Below, piece after piece: positions 48,201-61,107 of a stretch of DNA of 64,000 nucleotides. A model generated the notes under the pieces. That model made no database searches and was not told the origin of the DNA. It saw only the letters and a program-made list of their open reading frames with translations. The translations under genes and the position numbers were made by a program. This DNA comes from Hyphochytrium catenoides (Eukaryota > Protista > Hyphochytriomycota). Every line of letters starts with the position of its first letter. The first letter of the stretch is position 1. The stretch spans positions 40,768 to 104,767 of the forward strand of contig FLMG01002348.1 of assembly GCA_900088475.1 (NCBI GenBank), in the 5' to 3' direction.

Positions 48201-51200
48201 TTCTTCAAGGCGCGTTAGGCATTGCAGTGTCAAGATTTAGCTTCATCCTTCGCGTCGATGGTAACTGGAGGCTTCTCCTCTATTATCCTAGTACGGGGCT
48301 AGTATGTTCTACAGCGCTATTCGTGATGTCAAAGTTCTTCCTTCTGCACCTTATGGATCGCTGTCTCGTTCCGCATGCATACTTCTTTCCGAACCTAAGC
48401 GGGAGGCGGACCGGCAACTGCAATACCTCCGTGAGCCCATAGATTTCTCAGATTACCACGGGTCGCCAATTGAATTTCCTTTAACTGTGGAGTCCGTCTA
48501 CGCCATGATAGAACAGTTTCGAAGGGGAATCTGGCTGCATCGGTAAGAGGGTGTCTTGTGCCTCGAATGTCTCAGGGTCCTCGTATAGGAATCTGAAGGA
48601 AAGGTTTCTTCCTAAGAAGAGAAAGAGGTGCTAAAAATTCTGCTCTAATTGCGACCCACTCCCTTCTCCTCCTTGCGCTGTCAGGAACTACGTTTATAGG
48701 ATCTGCTGTTTGGCCAAAGACATCTTTGACCGAGAACCTACACTTCTGCATCTGGAGATACCTCCTGACTCGAAGCTGACGATTTTGGGCGATATTCATG
48801 GGCAACTCGGCGACCTTCTCACTATCTTCACCCTTAACGGTAAATGCACTCCGTTATACTCTGCCTTTTGCCGGGAGTAGCAGTTCACGTAGGATGAACT
48901 CTTTCTTTAATCTATTGCTATCATCTGTCAGTTCAGGGCCTGCTAGGGCTGCTTATGCCTTCTCCGTGTGCATCATTCCGCTCCCCTTCTCTTTGCACTT
49001 TGGCCACGTGGGCGTCAATCCTTCTTCTCGTCTCTTCTGATGCCGCACTTATTTGCTCTTCCCAGTAGCTGTCAAACAAGTCTAATGAAGCTTCTTCAAT
49101 CTTCTTGGCTAGTGGTCCCAGAGGTCTGACTCACGACAACATTTGTTAGGGTTGCCCTCTCCTTCGAATCCATATTTATTCAATGGGGATTACGTAGACC
49201 GTGGTTTTCACGGCGTTGAGGTCCTAATGGTGATCTTCGCTTTCAAGATACTCTATCCTGCGCACGTCTGGGTTCATAGGGGTAACCACGAGTGCCGATG
49301 TAAGACATGATACATCTCCCATTACTTTTTACGCCTATCTCAAGCAGTCGGCTTCTCCGTGCTATGTTATGTTTCGGCTGCCAACGGCATCTGTGGTGCT
49401 GACTCACTAGGTTTTCAGCGCTGAGGCAGACTGTGTCCTCCCTAGTCTCCCTTCCTGTTCTTTGAGGATACAATACTCTCTCACTTTCTCGTTGTCATAT
49501 CTGCCCCCCGCTGAGCCCTTCTCCTACCTTCAGTCCCTTATCAATCTTCTTCTGTCGTGACATAATGATCTTTCCCTCGTATCAGCGGTCAACTTTATGA
49601 TGGGTTTTGCCGAGGAGCTGGTACGAAAGTACGGCGAGAGACACTATACTGTAAGGGGATTAGAAGGAGGAGAGCTGCGTAGTCCTTCTCCGACCCCTTC
49701 GGCGTCTGCTCCTCATGACCTCTTCGAGCTATTTGAGAGTGTGTTTGACAGGCTGCCACTGTGCTCTCTGGTCAAGGGAAAGGTCCTCGTGGTGAGCTAA
49801 CCTTTCCTCTGATTTGGATTCTCTTGTGCATATGCTGCCGGCATCGTTTGCCACATTCATGCAGAGATTTATCTTACTGCCTTCCTATTCGAACCATGTC
49901 ATCGCCAGTTCTTGCTCTAGCGGTAGCTGATCTATCCGATATGTTTGCCCACTAACTGTTGATCTTCCCGTCTGGGTGATGCGATGCGTCGTCATACCAC
50001 TAGTTTCGCTGTTTGTTTCCCCCGGCGATCGTTCCCTGTCCTCTTTACATGACCAGCTTTCCAATTGCTTCTTTGTTTTTGCTAGTGCCACGGCGGACTG
50101 TTCTCGAAGGATGGCGTGACTTTGAGCCATATCTCTTCCATTAGACGGAAAAGAGAGGTCCCCCACAGTCCTAACCGCTTTGAAGAGGCCATCTTTGAGG
50201 ATCTGCTGTGGTCTGATCCGAAGATTCTGCAAGGGTACGGAAGCCACTCGTTCTACTAGCCTTATAAAGTAGCATTGGTATCTACTCTTCCCTCATCCTT
50301 CTTCCAAGTTGCTCTGAAGGACATCGATAGAGGTTGGTCGAGTAGTCCTTATATCAGTCCAGTCATCTGTGCCTCCGTCCGTTCTGTCCTGCCGTCTCCT
50401 GTTAGGACGCGCCCTTCCACGCGAGGTGCCGGAGTAGAGTTTGGAGAGGACGTCACGGCTGATTTCCTTAAGCGGAACGGGCTGGAGTTGATTATCCGCT
50501 CTCACGAATGTGTAGATAATGGCTGGGAAGTGATCCATGGAGGCAGGGTCATCACTCTCTTTTCCGCTTCCCTGTACTGCGGCGTCCAAGTAAGTCGGAT
50601 GAATGCGAGGGGAGAGGATTTAGACTCTTGAAAGAGAAGGCTGGGCAGCCTGTTACTTAGCACTTCGATATAGATCCTTTGGCATCTCTATGCTGCCATG
50701 ACAGGTTCTTTTTGTCTTTCAAACAATTACTTCGAAGTTCCATCTGCCTCCTCAAGTTCATGTCTATACAAAAACGACTCGGAGGGCGTTGAACCTTGGT
50801 CGTTCTGCAATCTAGGCCTTCTTCTGCTTGCGGATGGTGGCACTCATACCTCAATCTTACTTTTGCTTGATGGTCAGAACAACAAGGGCGCATACCTGAT
50901 TTTGAACAGTGACCTTCAGCCAGATGCCCACACATTTATCGCTCAGCCCTTACAGCATACGGATGTCAAAGGAGAGACCGCGAGACAAAAAGAGCAAAGA
51001 ATTCAGGGAGAGATAAAGTCAATGCTGAAAGCCCAGCTGTCAGGCGGGATTTACTCTATATACAGGTTAGCCCTCACATTTCTTGAGCCCACTCTTTTGA
51101 AGGTTCTTTGTGAGGATGTCTCGGCGGCGATCTCTCATAGTTGCATGGCTAATCCACCGATTCTACCTCTGCATCTGACCTTCTACCTTTCTTTCGGTTA

Positions 51201-53714
51201 GGCAGCTGAGGCTTGCAGATAAGGAGACATCTGGACTGCTGCCTTGCAACCGTTTCTACGTATCACTCAGTCAGGCCCTTAAACTCGATATCCCTTACAA
51301 GATCTATCTGCGCGACACCGTCAAGGAGGCTGGTGGACTTGTCGATTATAGGAGGTAAGGGTGGTGAAAACGTGAGATGGCCGCAAAAAGCGAAAGACCT
51401 CGACAGTAGATACGGTGAGGTCAATGACGAGCTGGAGGCCTGAATGACGTTCGGGGTTATGGCTACTATGGGTTGGCTCATTATATCTCTCTTCCTTGCC
51501 CGTTCTCTACCTAGATTCTTAGCTACACTAAAGGAAAGTGCCCCAGGGACTCCTCAAGAGCTGGAAAAGGTCCTTGGGCCATCTGCTGTCAAAGATATCG
51601 TTCAGGTGGGAATAGGAAATTGACCGCCTTGTGTCCGTCAACCTTGTTGTGTCCGCCGTCAGCGATGTGATTGGACCCTTTGTCTTTCTCGTTTTTCTTT
51701 GCTAAGTAGTCAGCCTTCTTTGACGTATCTACTGCAACGCGTGGTACCTTCCTTACCTGCATCTCTCCTGTCTCTCTCTCTCCGCTTTATGTTCAGAGTG
51801 TGAAGTCGGCAACAAAAATAGGAGAACGGATCCAAAACTTCGAGGCTAACCTTGCAGAGCGCGAAGGCTGCTTGACAGAGCGACAGGTTGCCTAGAGAAT
51901 TTGTCCTCTACTCATAGCAACATGGAAGCATTAGCACCGCTATTGACTTTGCAAGAGCATTGCACAAAGCAGATCTTGACGGTCTCCCTTTCTTGTCCTA
52001 GATGCTATCTACGTTTGAGGAAGTTGAGAGAAGATTACGCGTTGGAGTGAGCGCTCCGGAAGGAGAAGAGGAGAAAAAGAAAGAGGAAGAAGAGGAAAAG
52101 AAGGCTGTGGAAGGAGAAGGATTTGAGCTAGTAGGGCATGAGACAGGAGGGTTGAGCCCTTCGGCCTCATCTCAGGAAGAGGATGTCGTGTTGGTGACTA
52201 TGGATCCGGCCATGAGGAAGGCAAGCTCTCTATCTTTCTCTTCTCAAGCTCTTCACTATTCCCAAATCTCTTTTAATTTTCCTTAATAGCCAGCCCTCGT
52301 TAGTCCATCGAGCCACGCTTCTGTGAACAGAAGATGCTGTAGCTTACGTTCAGCTGTCTCGTCTCTTGTTCAAAACTTCGTCTTTTAACGGAACAGCTCT
52401 GCCTTCTAGACCCTGCTTAAACCTAGCGCTTACGGGCTCAACGTTATGGCATTGCTTCTTTGCAGCGTCTGCTAGCCTTGGTGGAACACCTTCGGAACAA
52501 GTACGGGAATCTTCACCTGGCCTACGAAATTACCGTCCGCCTGGGAGGACCAGATCGTCTGCGTATTGAGCTACGAGCACTTTCTCCTCCTCTCTCATCT
52601 ACGGAGGAAGACAGACTTCTGCAGCACTTCTTCGGTCCCAGGTCAAAACACTCATTGAACCTTTCTGTTCAAAAGTCTGACTCTTATTCTCCATCTTCCC
52701 CATTCGCCGTCCCACCCCCTCCGTAGTGCGTCTTATGCCCACATATATGGTGATCCTAGCATATGGTGTTCCTACAATTTACTCTCCTCCGAATGTCAAA
52801 AACCTCATGGCAGATTCCTCCTAGCTTCCCGGGACGTTCATTGTTCCTGGCTCTTGCGAGAAAGCTACGTGCTGTCTGATGTATGCCCTCTCTCATCTTG
52901 AATAATCAACTTGCAGACTGAAGTCGCCCCCAAGACGACACGCATTCTTCCAGTTGCTTCAGGAAGGAGAAAAGTCTCTCAACCTTGTTGCAGAGCTGAT
53001 TGAGCTGGTGAGTATGAAGAAAGACTTGGGAGGCATAGCCTCTTTTCCAGGGCTCCATCGGAATTTTTTTTCCGTTGCTCTTCCAATACTTCTCTAATAC
53101 CTTTCGATGGTTCTTTTGCCACGTTTAACAAATAGCCTTCTGTCTCGAATGACCAGGTACCCGCGTTGCCAGCTCTCTCGTTGGTCTTTGCCGCCAAGCC
53201 GAGTCATATTGAATCCATCTTTGAGCGATTTGATGTAGAACAAAGCGGAAGGTCTGCCCTAAGCTCCGCCTGGGGCTATCTATGTTCCATGTTACTATCT
53301 CTCAGCCTTACCCGCAGCGATTGACCGTGACTGCCAGAAGTCTGTTCTGTCGGTACCGCTCCTGTTGACTAACGCTGTTTCAGTTGAGGCCTAACTCTCT
53401 TTCCATTTGTCGGGCAGCATCTCTCTGGAACAGTACTTATGTGCCATGATGATTATCGGGCAGCATCTGGATGAGCCTTTGGAGGCACAAGAGGTCGAGG
53501 TAGGGTGAAAGAGGGGAAGCAAAGCTTTCGATGAGAGACTGAAGGGAGCAACATCAGAGGCAGGCGGATGTCACCAATAAAGACTTTCTTTATGCTCTAA
53601 GACCATTATCCGTACATGCAGGCAATCTTGTTCTTACTGGACAATCTGGAGGAGGACCGGATCAATTACTACGAGCTCATTGTCAAGGTGATGCGGGTTA
53701 CAGAGGCAAGGTGA
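45248..53714 (+). CDS. PPEF/PP5-like PPP Ser/Thr phosphatase with N-terminal acylation motif, PH, FYVE, CAP-Gly and IQ domains and C-terminal EF-hand(s); >20 exons
   Basis: [11 protein letters not shown]; PH (KEGVLTK...RHFVL...LRYYE...[13 protein letters not shown]); FYVE (CQIC...[11 protein letters not shown]...ICQDC...ICRDC); CAP-Gly ([15 protein letters not shown]...GHGLYVP); IQ-like [20 protein letters not shown] motifs GDIHG (48788-48802), GDYVDRG, RGNHE, HGGL, WSDP, RSHE, FSASLY. EF-hand [17 protein letters not shown]. Stop TGA at 53712-53714. Confidence 0.88.
47464..47543. repeat. Intronic 40-bp tandem duplication
   Basis: tactttccttctccttctcagct(g/a)aagccttttga(c/g)agac x2. Confidence 0.9.
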
Positions 53715-54075
53715 ACACTCTCTCCTCGGCATTCACTGTTCCTTCACTTCGAAGAATGGAGATGGAGGACTTCCAGAATTCAGAAGGACATTCTGGATAA
53801 GATGTCTCTTTATTGACTAGTTCGGTTGCTGCACGTGGGTGTCAAAAGCTTTCTGTCGCTTACACTCTTTATTTCTCAGCGGAAAATTGTTCGTCTTCCT
53901 CTCTGCTTTCCTCTTCCCGTCCCCTGTCTGTTTGTGCGGTTGCCTGTATCAACCCGCCTGCCTTGCCGCTTGCCGCATTAGTTAGGATTGCAGCTAAAAG
54001 CCTTATATCTACTTCGAAAACCTCAGACAAGAACCCTGTCCTTAGCTTACTGATAGTTCCGGAGGGAAGAGTAAG

Positions 54076-57000
54076 TTAGAGAGTCTCCAAGGACTTGGTG
54101 GGGCCTAGACCGTCAGTGATGGCACTCTCCGCGGAGGCATTGAGGGTCGACTCTTTTCTCTGCTGGGCATGAGTGTTCGCCGACACCTGGCTCTTGAATA
54201 GCTTCCTGAGCTTTCGGGCCGAGAAAGAGTTCTGCACCATGGCGCTCTCTGCCTCAGTCGTATCCTACATATTGAGGAGAAAGGAAAAGATAGTTGCGGT
54301 GAGAGTATGAAGAGAAGGAGAGTGAGCATAAATACATTGAAAGTGGGAGGTAAAGAATAGAAAGAGAAGGGAAGAGAAGGGGCTCCGCCAGAAAGCGACG
54401 GGGATAGACGAGATGTCTGTTCCCGAAGAAGACAAAGTGGATGTGGCGAAACACAGAGCCTAAGGGTTGCCAGCAAAGGAAGGTGGGTGAACCACCTTCC
54501 TCCATGCCTAAAAGCAGTCATCTTGTTTACGACTCGGTAAACTAGGTCGCCCTTACCTGGTCATTGGAGAAGGCAAAACCTGTTCTCCGGAACTTGGAGC
54601 CCACTGCGAGAGGAGAGGCCAAGCTAATGAACTTCTTCTTTTTCTTCTTTTTCTTTGCCTTATCTGTTACCCCAGCAGGTACAAGAGAGACACAAGAGGG
54701 AGAGAAGAACTAAGTAGTTAGCGCGTGCTCCGTCGTGTTTAGCCCAGCTGGGAAGTCCTTACCATCTCCTGCCCCAGGAGCCATGGGAGAGTCCACGCTG
54801 CCAACATTCTTATCCACAACGATTGCGACCTTACCATCGGAAACTGCCGCAAGCGATGACGAGATAGGAGAGACCGCTGCAAGAGAGGAAGAGGCAGTCG
54901 AAGGCGCCTCTGCTGTCAGATAAGCGCCAAGATCTTCTTCAGGCAGGCCCAGAATCTCCGCCTCTCTTGCGATATCGTTGAAGTGGGGCCTGATCGAAAG
55001 AATCAAGGAAAATGAAGGAGGAGTGAGAACTAATCAGCGTTGAAGAAGCAAACGGACCAACACCAACGAAGGAGAGAAGGGAGGGATTATAGACCTTATC
55101 ATCAATTTCCAGCCTCTCCTAGCAAAATCAACTCCAATGGTCAAGAAGAGGACAAGCCCAAGGCAGCACCAGAAGATTTTGTCCTCGAGTAGTTCCTAAG
55201 AAAGTAGCAGTCGATCAATCAACGAAGGGCCAGCGACGAAGGACTAAAGCAGCGATGCCTGCAGTATCAGAATGAAAGACAGGTCGAAAGGTTGCAGCTT
55301 TGAAGTCATAAAGCTTGAGCAGTCGTGAACATCGCGGCCTTTGCAGAGGGAAACAGAACAAGGGAAAAAGACTGACTAGATCTTTTCTCTTTCTCTCTAG
55401 CTTGAAATGTTTCTCTCTCTCACACATACACGCTATCGGACATACCCTGTTCCTCTTTCGCCACTGCTGTGACTTACCTCGTAGATTCCTAACCAGGATG
55501 CCCCTGCTATCATCTCGTTTCTGTTAAAGTAAACGGCGGAAAAGAAGAAAGAGAAGATAGAGCCCCACAGCGCTATGTGATTGAACCAGTTCCAGGACTG
55601 TTGGCACAAGGCAAGCTTGAGGTTCGAGACCAGGACAACACAGGTCAAGGCCACAGCCCCAAGGACCCAGAGGTGGCTGAGAGGAAAGCGTAGCGAGAGG
55701 AGATAAACGCATTAGAGTTGCAGCCTTTGGTATGGAAACGGTGAGATGCTCGTATAAGCGACGATGAAGGGAAGACAAAGGACGGCTTGATGTCTTCCTA
55801 GGTCATTGATTTATCAATGAAGACCGACAAACACCTCCGACTGAGTGATCGGTGCTAACAAGTGACAGGACATGGGAAGATAGAAAGTGACGTAGGTTAG
55901 ACACTTACGTATCTGACCCATCTGGTCCATGCCTCGCAAAGCTGAGCACAACCACGACGGTGATGATGAGCGACTGGTAGATACCAGCACTCAGCCACAT
56001 CCAGAACTTTGCAGCATTCAGAAGTCTGAAGCAGGGAGCGACGTTAGCTCGTTCGAAGGTAAGGAGGAAGAGATGGGACATACTGGATGAGGAAGATCAT
56101 TCTTAGGAGCACTGCCTGGCCTTACCTTTTCTGGGGTCCTGCCTTGTATAGCTGAGGATGCCTCAAGGAAAAGGCTGCGGACACATCTTGTTCCAGAACT
56201 CCATGAAGAAAGATTGGTAGAGCTACACCAGACAGCAACAAAAGAGAGAGAAAGAGAGAGAGAGAGAGAGACGAACGTGGGGAGAGCACACGAGACTTAG
56301 CAAGCGCAATAGCTGGAAAGCCCTACTCCAATAGTTTGATACAGCTCCGTTGGACGCTCAGACGAGAGATAAGACAGGGCTACATATCAAGGAGAAGAAG
56401 CTTAAAATGCAGGGCAAGTTTTAGAGGGTTTAGCGCGGGGCTTTGAAACGCATCGCTTCCCTCGAGCAACCATGCATGTGCCTCGATCTCTTTCTTTTTC
56501 TCTCTCTGTACCCACCTGTGTAAAGCACGTTAAAGGCCTGCAGACCCATTTCAAGGTAGAACTTCTGGCCCGAGAAGCCTTGGAACCAGGAGTACCAGTA
56601 CTGAGTCATTTCAAGCATGATGCACTGCTCACGAGAAATGATAGACCACGAGTGATATTGGGAGGACAAAAGGGCCACAGGTGGTTAGAGAACCTTGCTG
56701 ACGTCGGTTTGTGGCCACGAAGCAAGCAGAAGACAGTTTGAGGCGGAAGGTTGCCTAAGATGTAGGGAAAGTAGAGAAAAGAGAAGGAAGAGCTGGCAGG
56801 TCATCTTGCGCTGTGCCTGTATCCCTCGCTATGCCTCCTTTCAGATCATCCACTGGCTAACTTTGTATTCCCTGACAGGTCCCTTGATTCCGTTCTCTCT
56901 CTTTCCGTTCACTCTCTCCATGTTCGTTCCGCTCGATCGTAGTTTGATCGTACCTTATAGAACATGTAGGGGACCAGTCTGCTCATTCTTAGGTAGTTCC

Positions 57001-60000
57001 ATCTTCCATGGACTAGCAAGAGCTTCGCTAAGAATTTGAACTGAGCGATAGCAAAGTCTGAGGCCATGACCGCCTGCATCCCCTCCATCCCACTCATGCC
57101 AATGCCGACATGCGCCTTCTGGATCATACCCACATCGTTGGCTCCATCTCCAATTGCCAGAGTGGTGATGCCTGTGTGACAAAGAGTGAGAAAGCGACAA
57201 GGGACGAAAGAGCCAAGACTGGAGGACTTCGAGAGGCAAGAGTAAAGGGCAAGACAACAAACAGAAGAGGACAAAACACGATTGAAGACAGGGAGACAGA
57301 GATGATGGAGATGTCACAGAATACGGGAATGACAGAGAGGGACAGAGAGAGAGAGAGAGAGAGAGCGATATCTCGTATGTCGCTCGTATAAGATCCACTA
57401 TTGAGGGTTGCTCCCTCCTTCTTCGCCCTGACCCTAACATTTTTCTCTCTCTGTTTTAGTTTCATGCTCTGTGATACCTCTGGAGTTGCTCCGGACTAAA
57501 GTCACAAGCTGTCCTTTCTGAGAAGGAGAGACTCTGCAAGCTACCACTGCCGCGCACTCTCGTGCCAGATGGAATAGCGAGAGAGCGTGGGAGGGAGCGA
57601 GAAGATGGTCCAGTGCCTCACTGTCCACCACCAATGCAAGGGGCTCCTCTGATTTATTCTGCCGGGGACAGACCGTAATAAAGGCAAGAGATTTGAAGCA
57701 TCAGGGACGTTAGCAGTAGTCTAGAAGACAGAATGACAGAGAACAGGGAGGAATGGCCCGCAGAAGGCCGAAAGCAGAGAGATAGAGAAAAGAGAGGAAT
57801 GCAAAGAAAAAGCACAGAGACCAAGAGAGCGGGAGAATATGAAAGGTAAATAAGGAGGGAAAAGGTAATATGGGAGGGAAGGAAAGGGAAGATAAAGGGA
57901 ACAGGGATAAAAGATGGCAAAGCTATATCGTCCCACTGTTAAACCCTAAGTTATATAGCGAGATAAGGGAACAAGCGGGCGGGAGATATCGAGAGAGATA
58001 AAGATATGGACAGAGAGCGTGAGACGGACCTTGTCGGAGGTGAGGTACTGGACCTCTTCCTTAAGCTTAGCAAGCAGAACGTCCACTGACTGACACTAAG
58101 AGCGAGCGTCAGAGAGACGTCAGAAATCTCTCGCTTTCTCACTAGTCTTCTCTAGCCTCTACGGTCACAGGTACTCTGTAGTCTCTAACACCCCACCGAC
58201 TTTCGCTCTTTATCTCTCCATCTCTCCTTCTCTCCTGCCCTCTTTCTCTATCTGTCCTATTGCTTTCAGCACTTGTCCTCGCTCTGGCCATCCTCCTACC
58301 TGCTCCATCGTCAGGTAGATCCTCCTCATCTCATCGGTGAACAATTGGCAAGCAAAAGCAATGTTCACCGCTGTCTCCTGCTTGTCTCCGGTGAGCATCC
58401 AGATCTTGATGCCACCTTGGCTCAGCAAATGAATGGTTTTAGGGACATCGTCCTGCAGGCGATCTTCAATGGCTGTCGCTCCCAAAAGGATCAGGTTCTG
58501 TGCAGTGTGTGAGCGTGAAAGAGCAAGAAGGAGTGTTCAGAGATTAAAGCATTAGCCGGAGAGGAAACGAGAGAGAGTCGAAGGAGGACAGCAGGAAAAT
58601 TTAGATAGAAGAGGAGGAACACAAGGACGTCTAAAGTGGCCTAGCTGATATAAAAAAGAAGGATGAGACTGGCAGAGCAGAATCATCCTCTTTCCTGTCT
58701 TTGTCTTCCTACTTAGATCTTCTCTGCTGATGCTCACCTGCTCTATCTTGTCCATCACCCTATCAATCTCATTATCCTCGAGCCTCTGCCTCTTCTCCAG
58801 CTCTTCCAGACTTCCAAGAGCTTCGTGATACTTCAAGCTCCACGCCTGATACTCCTCTTCCCGCAGCGTCTTATAGGCGATGGCCAGGGTACGCAGGCCA
58901 TCGTCAGCAAACTCTTCCATATGTTGCAGCGTGCTATCGATGATGTCTGAGGCGGCATCTAGGGGAAGAATAGCCAGAAGAGTAATGAGAATTCGCCGGG
59001 AAAAGGTAGTGAGCCAGCAGGAGAGATACATACAGTTCTGGAGAGCGATAGAGTATATAAGAGAGAAAAGAGAGAGAGAGAGAGATAGGAGTGGAGATGT
59101 CAGTCCTCTCACCTTGGCCCAGGCGAGGAACAATCACCGCATCTGCGCCCTTGCAATATAGAAGAATCGCCCCGGTCTCATCTCTGACGATAATGCTCAT
59201 TCTCTTTCTCGTGCTGTTGAACTCCAAGACGTCCAACACCTCCACCTTCTTCTCCTCTCCTCTAATCTTGAACACGAGGGAGCCGGGAGAGCGATCCACA
59301 AACTCAAAGCCAAAGTACTTCGCGCCGGTGACAAGTGCCTGCTCATCTGAGGACACCAGATATGAGAGACACAGGGCTTAACTTCTAGAATCAGAAACGA
59401 GACACATAACCGAGAGAGGATTCAGGACAGCGAAAGGAGGGTCATGAAAGAGAAAGAGAGCAGACGAAGAGGGAAAGAGGAAGAGAGCAGACGAGAAGGT
59501 TGATGGCGGCCGACGAGAGAATGAAAAGGGGTGTATTTGCCGTGCTTTGCACCTGCTAGAAGTACCGTCTTTCAGTAGTATGAGGCCACGGCTTCATCTC
59601 TCTCTCTCCCGCCCTCTTCTCTTTCCCTCATTCTCTCTCGCCTACCTGGTGAGGAAGCGGAGTAGATGACGCCGCTGACCCCTTCGATGTGCTCTGGAAT
59701 GACTGTGTGGCACACGGCCAGATGTGTGAAGAACATTCGGATCTTCTCAAGTTGGTCTGACTTGGCGCCAGCAGTCTTTCCTTCGAGGATGTCAAAGATC
59801 TGGAAAGGGGTAGCGGAACCAGGAGGAGGGACGAAAGAGTGGACGATGAATAAGCTAAGGCCATTAGTAAAGGGCAAAAACATAGAATAGTAGAGAGACA
59901 AAGGAAGGAAGGAAGAGAGAGAGAGAGACAAGGTGGACATATACAAAGGAGGAAAAGAGAAGGACAAGGTCTGGAAGTGAGCATATATATGTATAGAGCA

Positions 60001-61075
60001 AGAGACAATGGAGCACATGCACACAATCTGGTTAAGGCAGAGAACGACTACGCCACAGTGAGGGACAAAAGGCGATATCTGGAGACAAGAAGAAAGGGAA
60101 CAGGGACATGAGAAAAGAAAGAGAGGAATCTACAGGGAATGGGAGCTCGAGAAGAGCTCTCCCCCGTCGCGTACCTCGTCTTCTCCAAGGAAGTTAACAT
60201 ACTTGCTCTTGCAGGTCCCCCTCGGGGCAATGGGAGGCTCAGGATCAGGAGGAAGCTCTACGCCTTTCCTTCTCATTGCCGCTCTCCCTATCGCTGTCGT
60301 TCCCTTTCCATAGGAAACGCCGTTGATGCTGCACTTCCGGTAGCTCATCACGTTGCAAGTCAGAGTTCCAGTCTTGTCACTGAAGATGTAGGAAACCTGC
60401 CCCAAATCCTCATTGAGGGCCATGTTTCTGTTAAGAGGGTATGAAAAGAGCGAGGGAGAGGGAAAGAGAACATAGAGAGAAAGAGTAGAGTCAGACAAAG
60501 ACAACGGTGCTTTCTCTTCTCGGCATCTTCTACTGCTCTGCTCGTCTTGTTCCTCCTCGTTCTTTTCAATCTGCAATGGTCTTTGCTCCACCACTTTGTC
60601 ATACTTCTCACCTGACGAGGGCCGGCGTGTCTGTCTCTTCATGGTACATCTCCACGTCTCTCCCTATGAAGTAGGACTGTGCGTACTTCACGGCTGCCAT
60701 TGTGACGTAGAGAGAGACTGGGATGAACTGATAGCTCAGCAAAAAGTATCGAAGAAACATCAGGAGGAAGTCCTCCAAAGGCTTCAGCTGCATCGCCATA
60801 TACCAAGAGTCCACAGCCCATTGCTCCTCCCAATAGACGGAGGCAGCTGCGGCGAAGAGACAGAGGCACACTAGGAGGATCACGATCTGCAGGATCTGCG
60901 AGTTCACAAAGCGATCACTGTTGGCAGGAGGGGAGAGTGAGAGGCAAGACGAACGTTAACCGGACGGGAGGAAGAAAGATCAGTGCAAACCCCGTCTCTG
61001 GCTAAAGGAGAGTTAGGAAGACATGCTCAGTATGGACATGAAAATTGGAATTAAGGGTAGCTATTGTCCTCTCCC

Positions 61076-61107
<32 letters not shown>

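Noticed and set aside
47840-48442. 200-aa ORF as an independent gene
   Set aside because: It overlaps exons and introns of the phosphatase gene, mostly out of frame.
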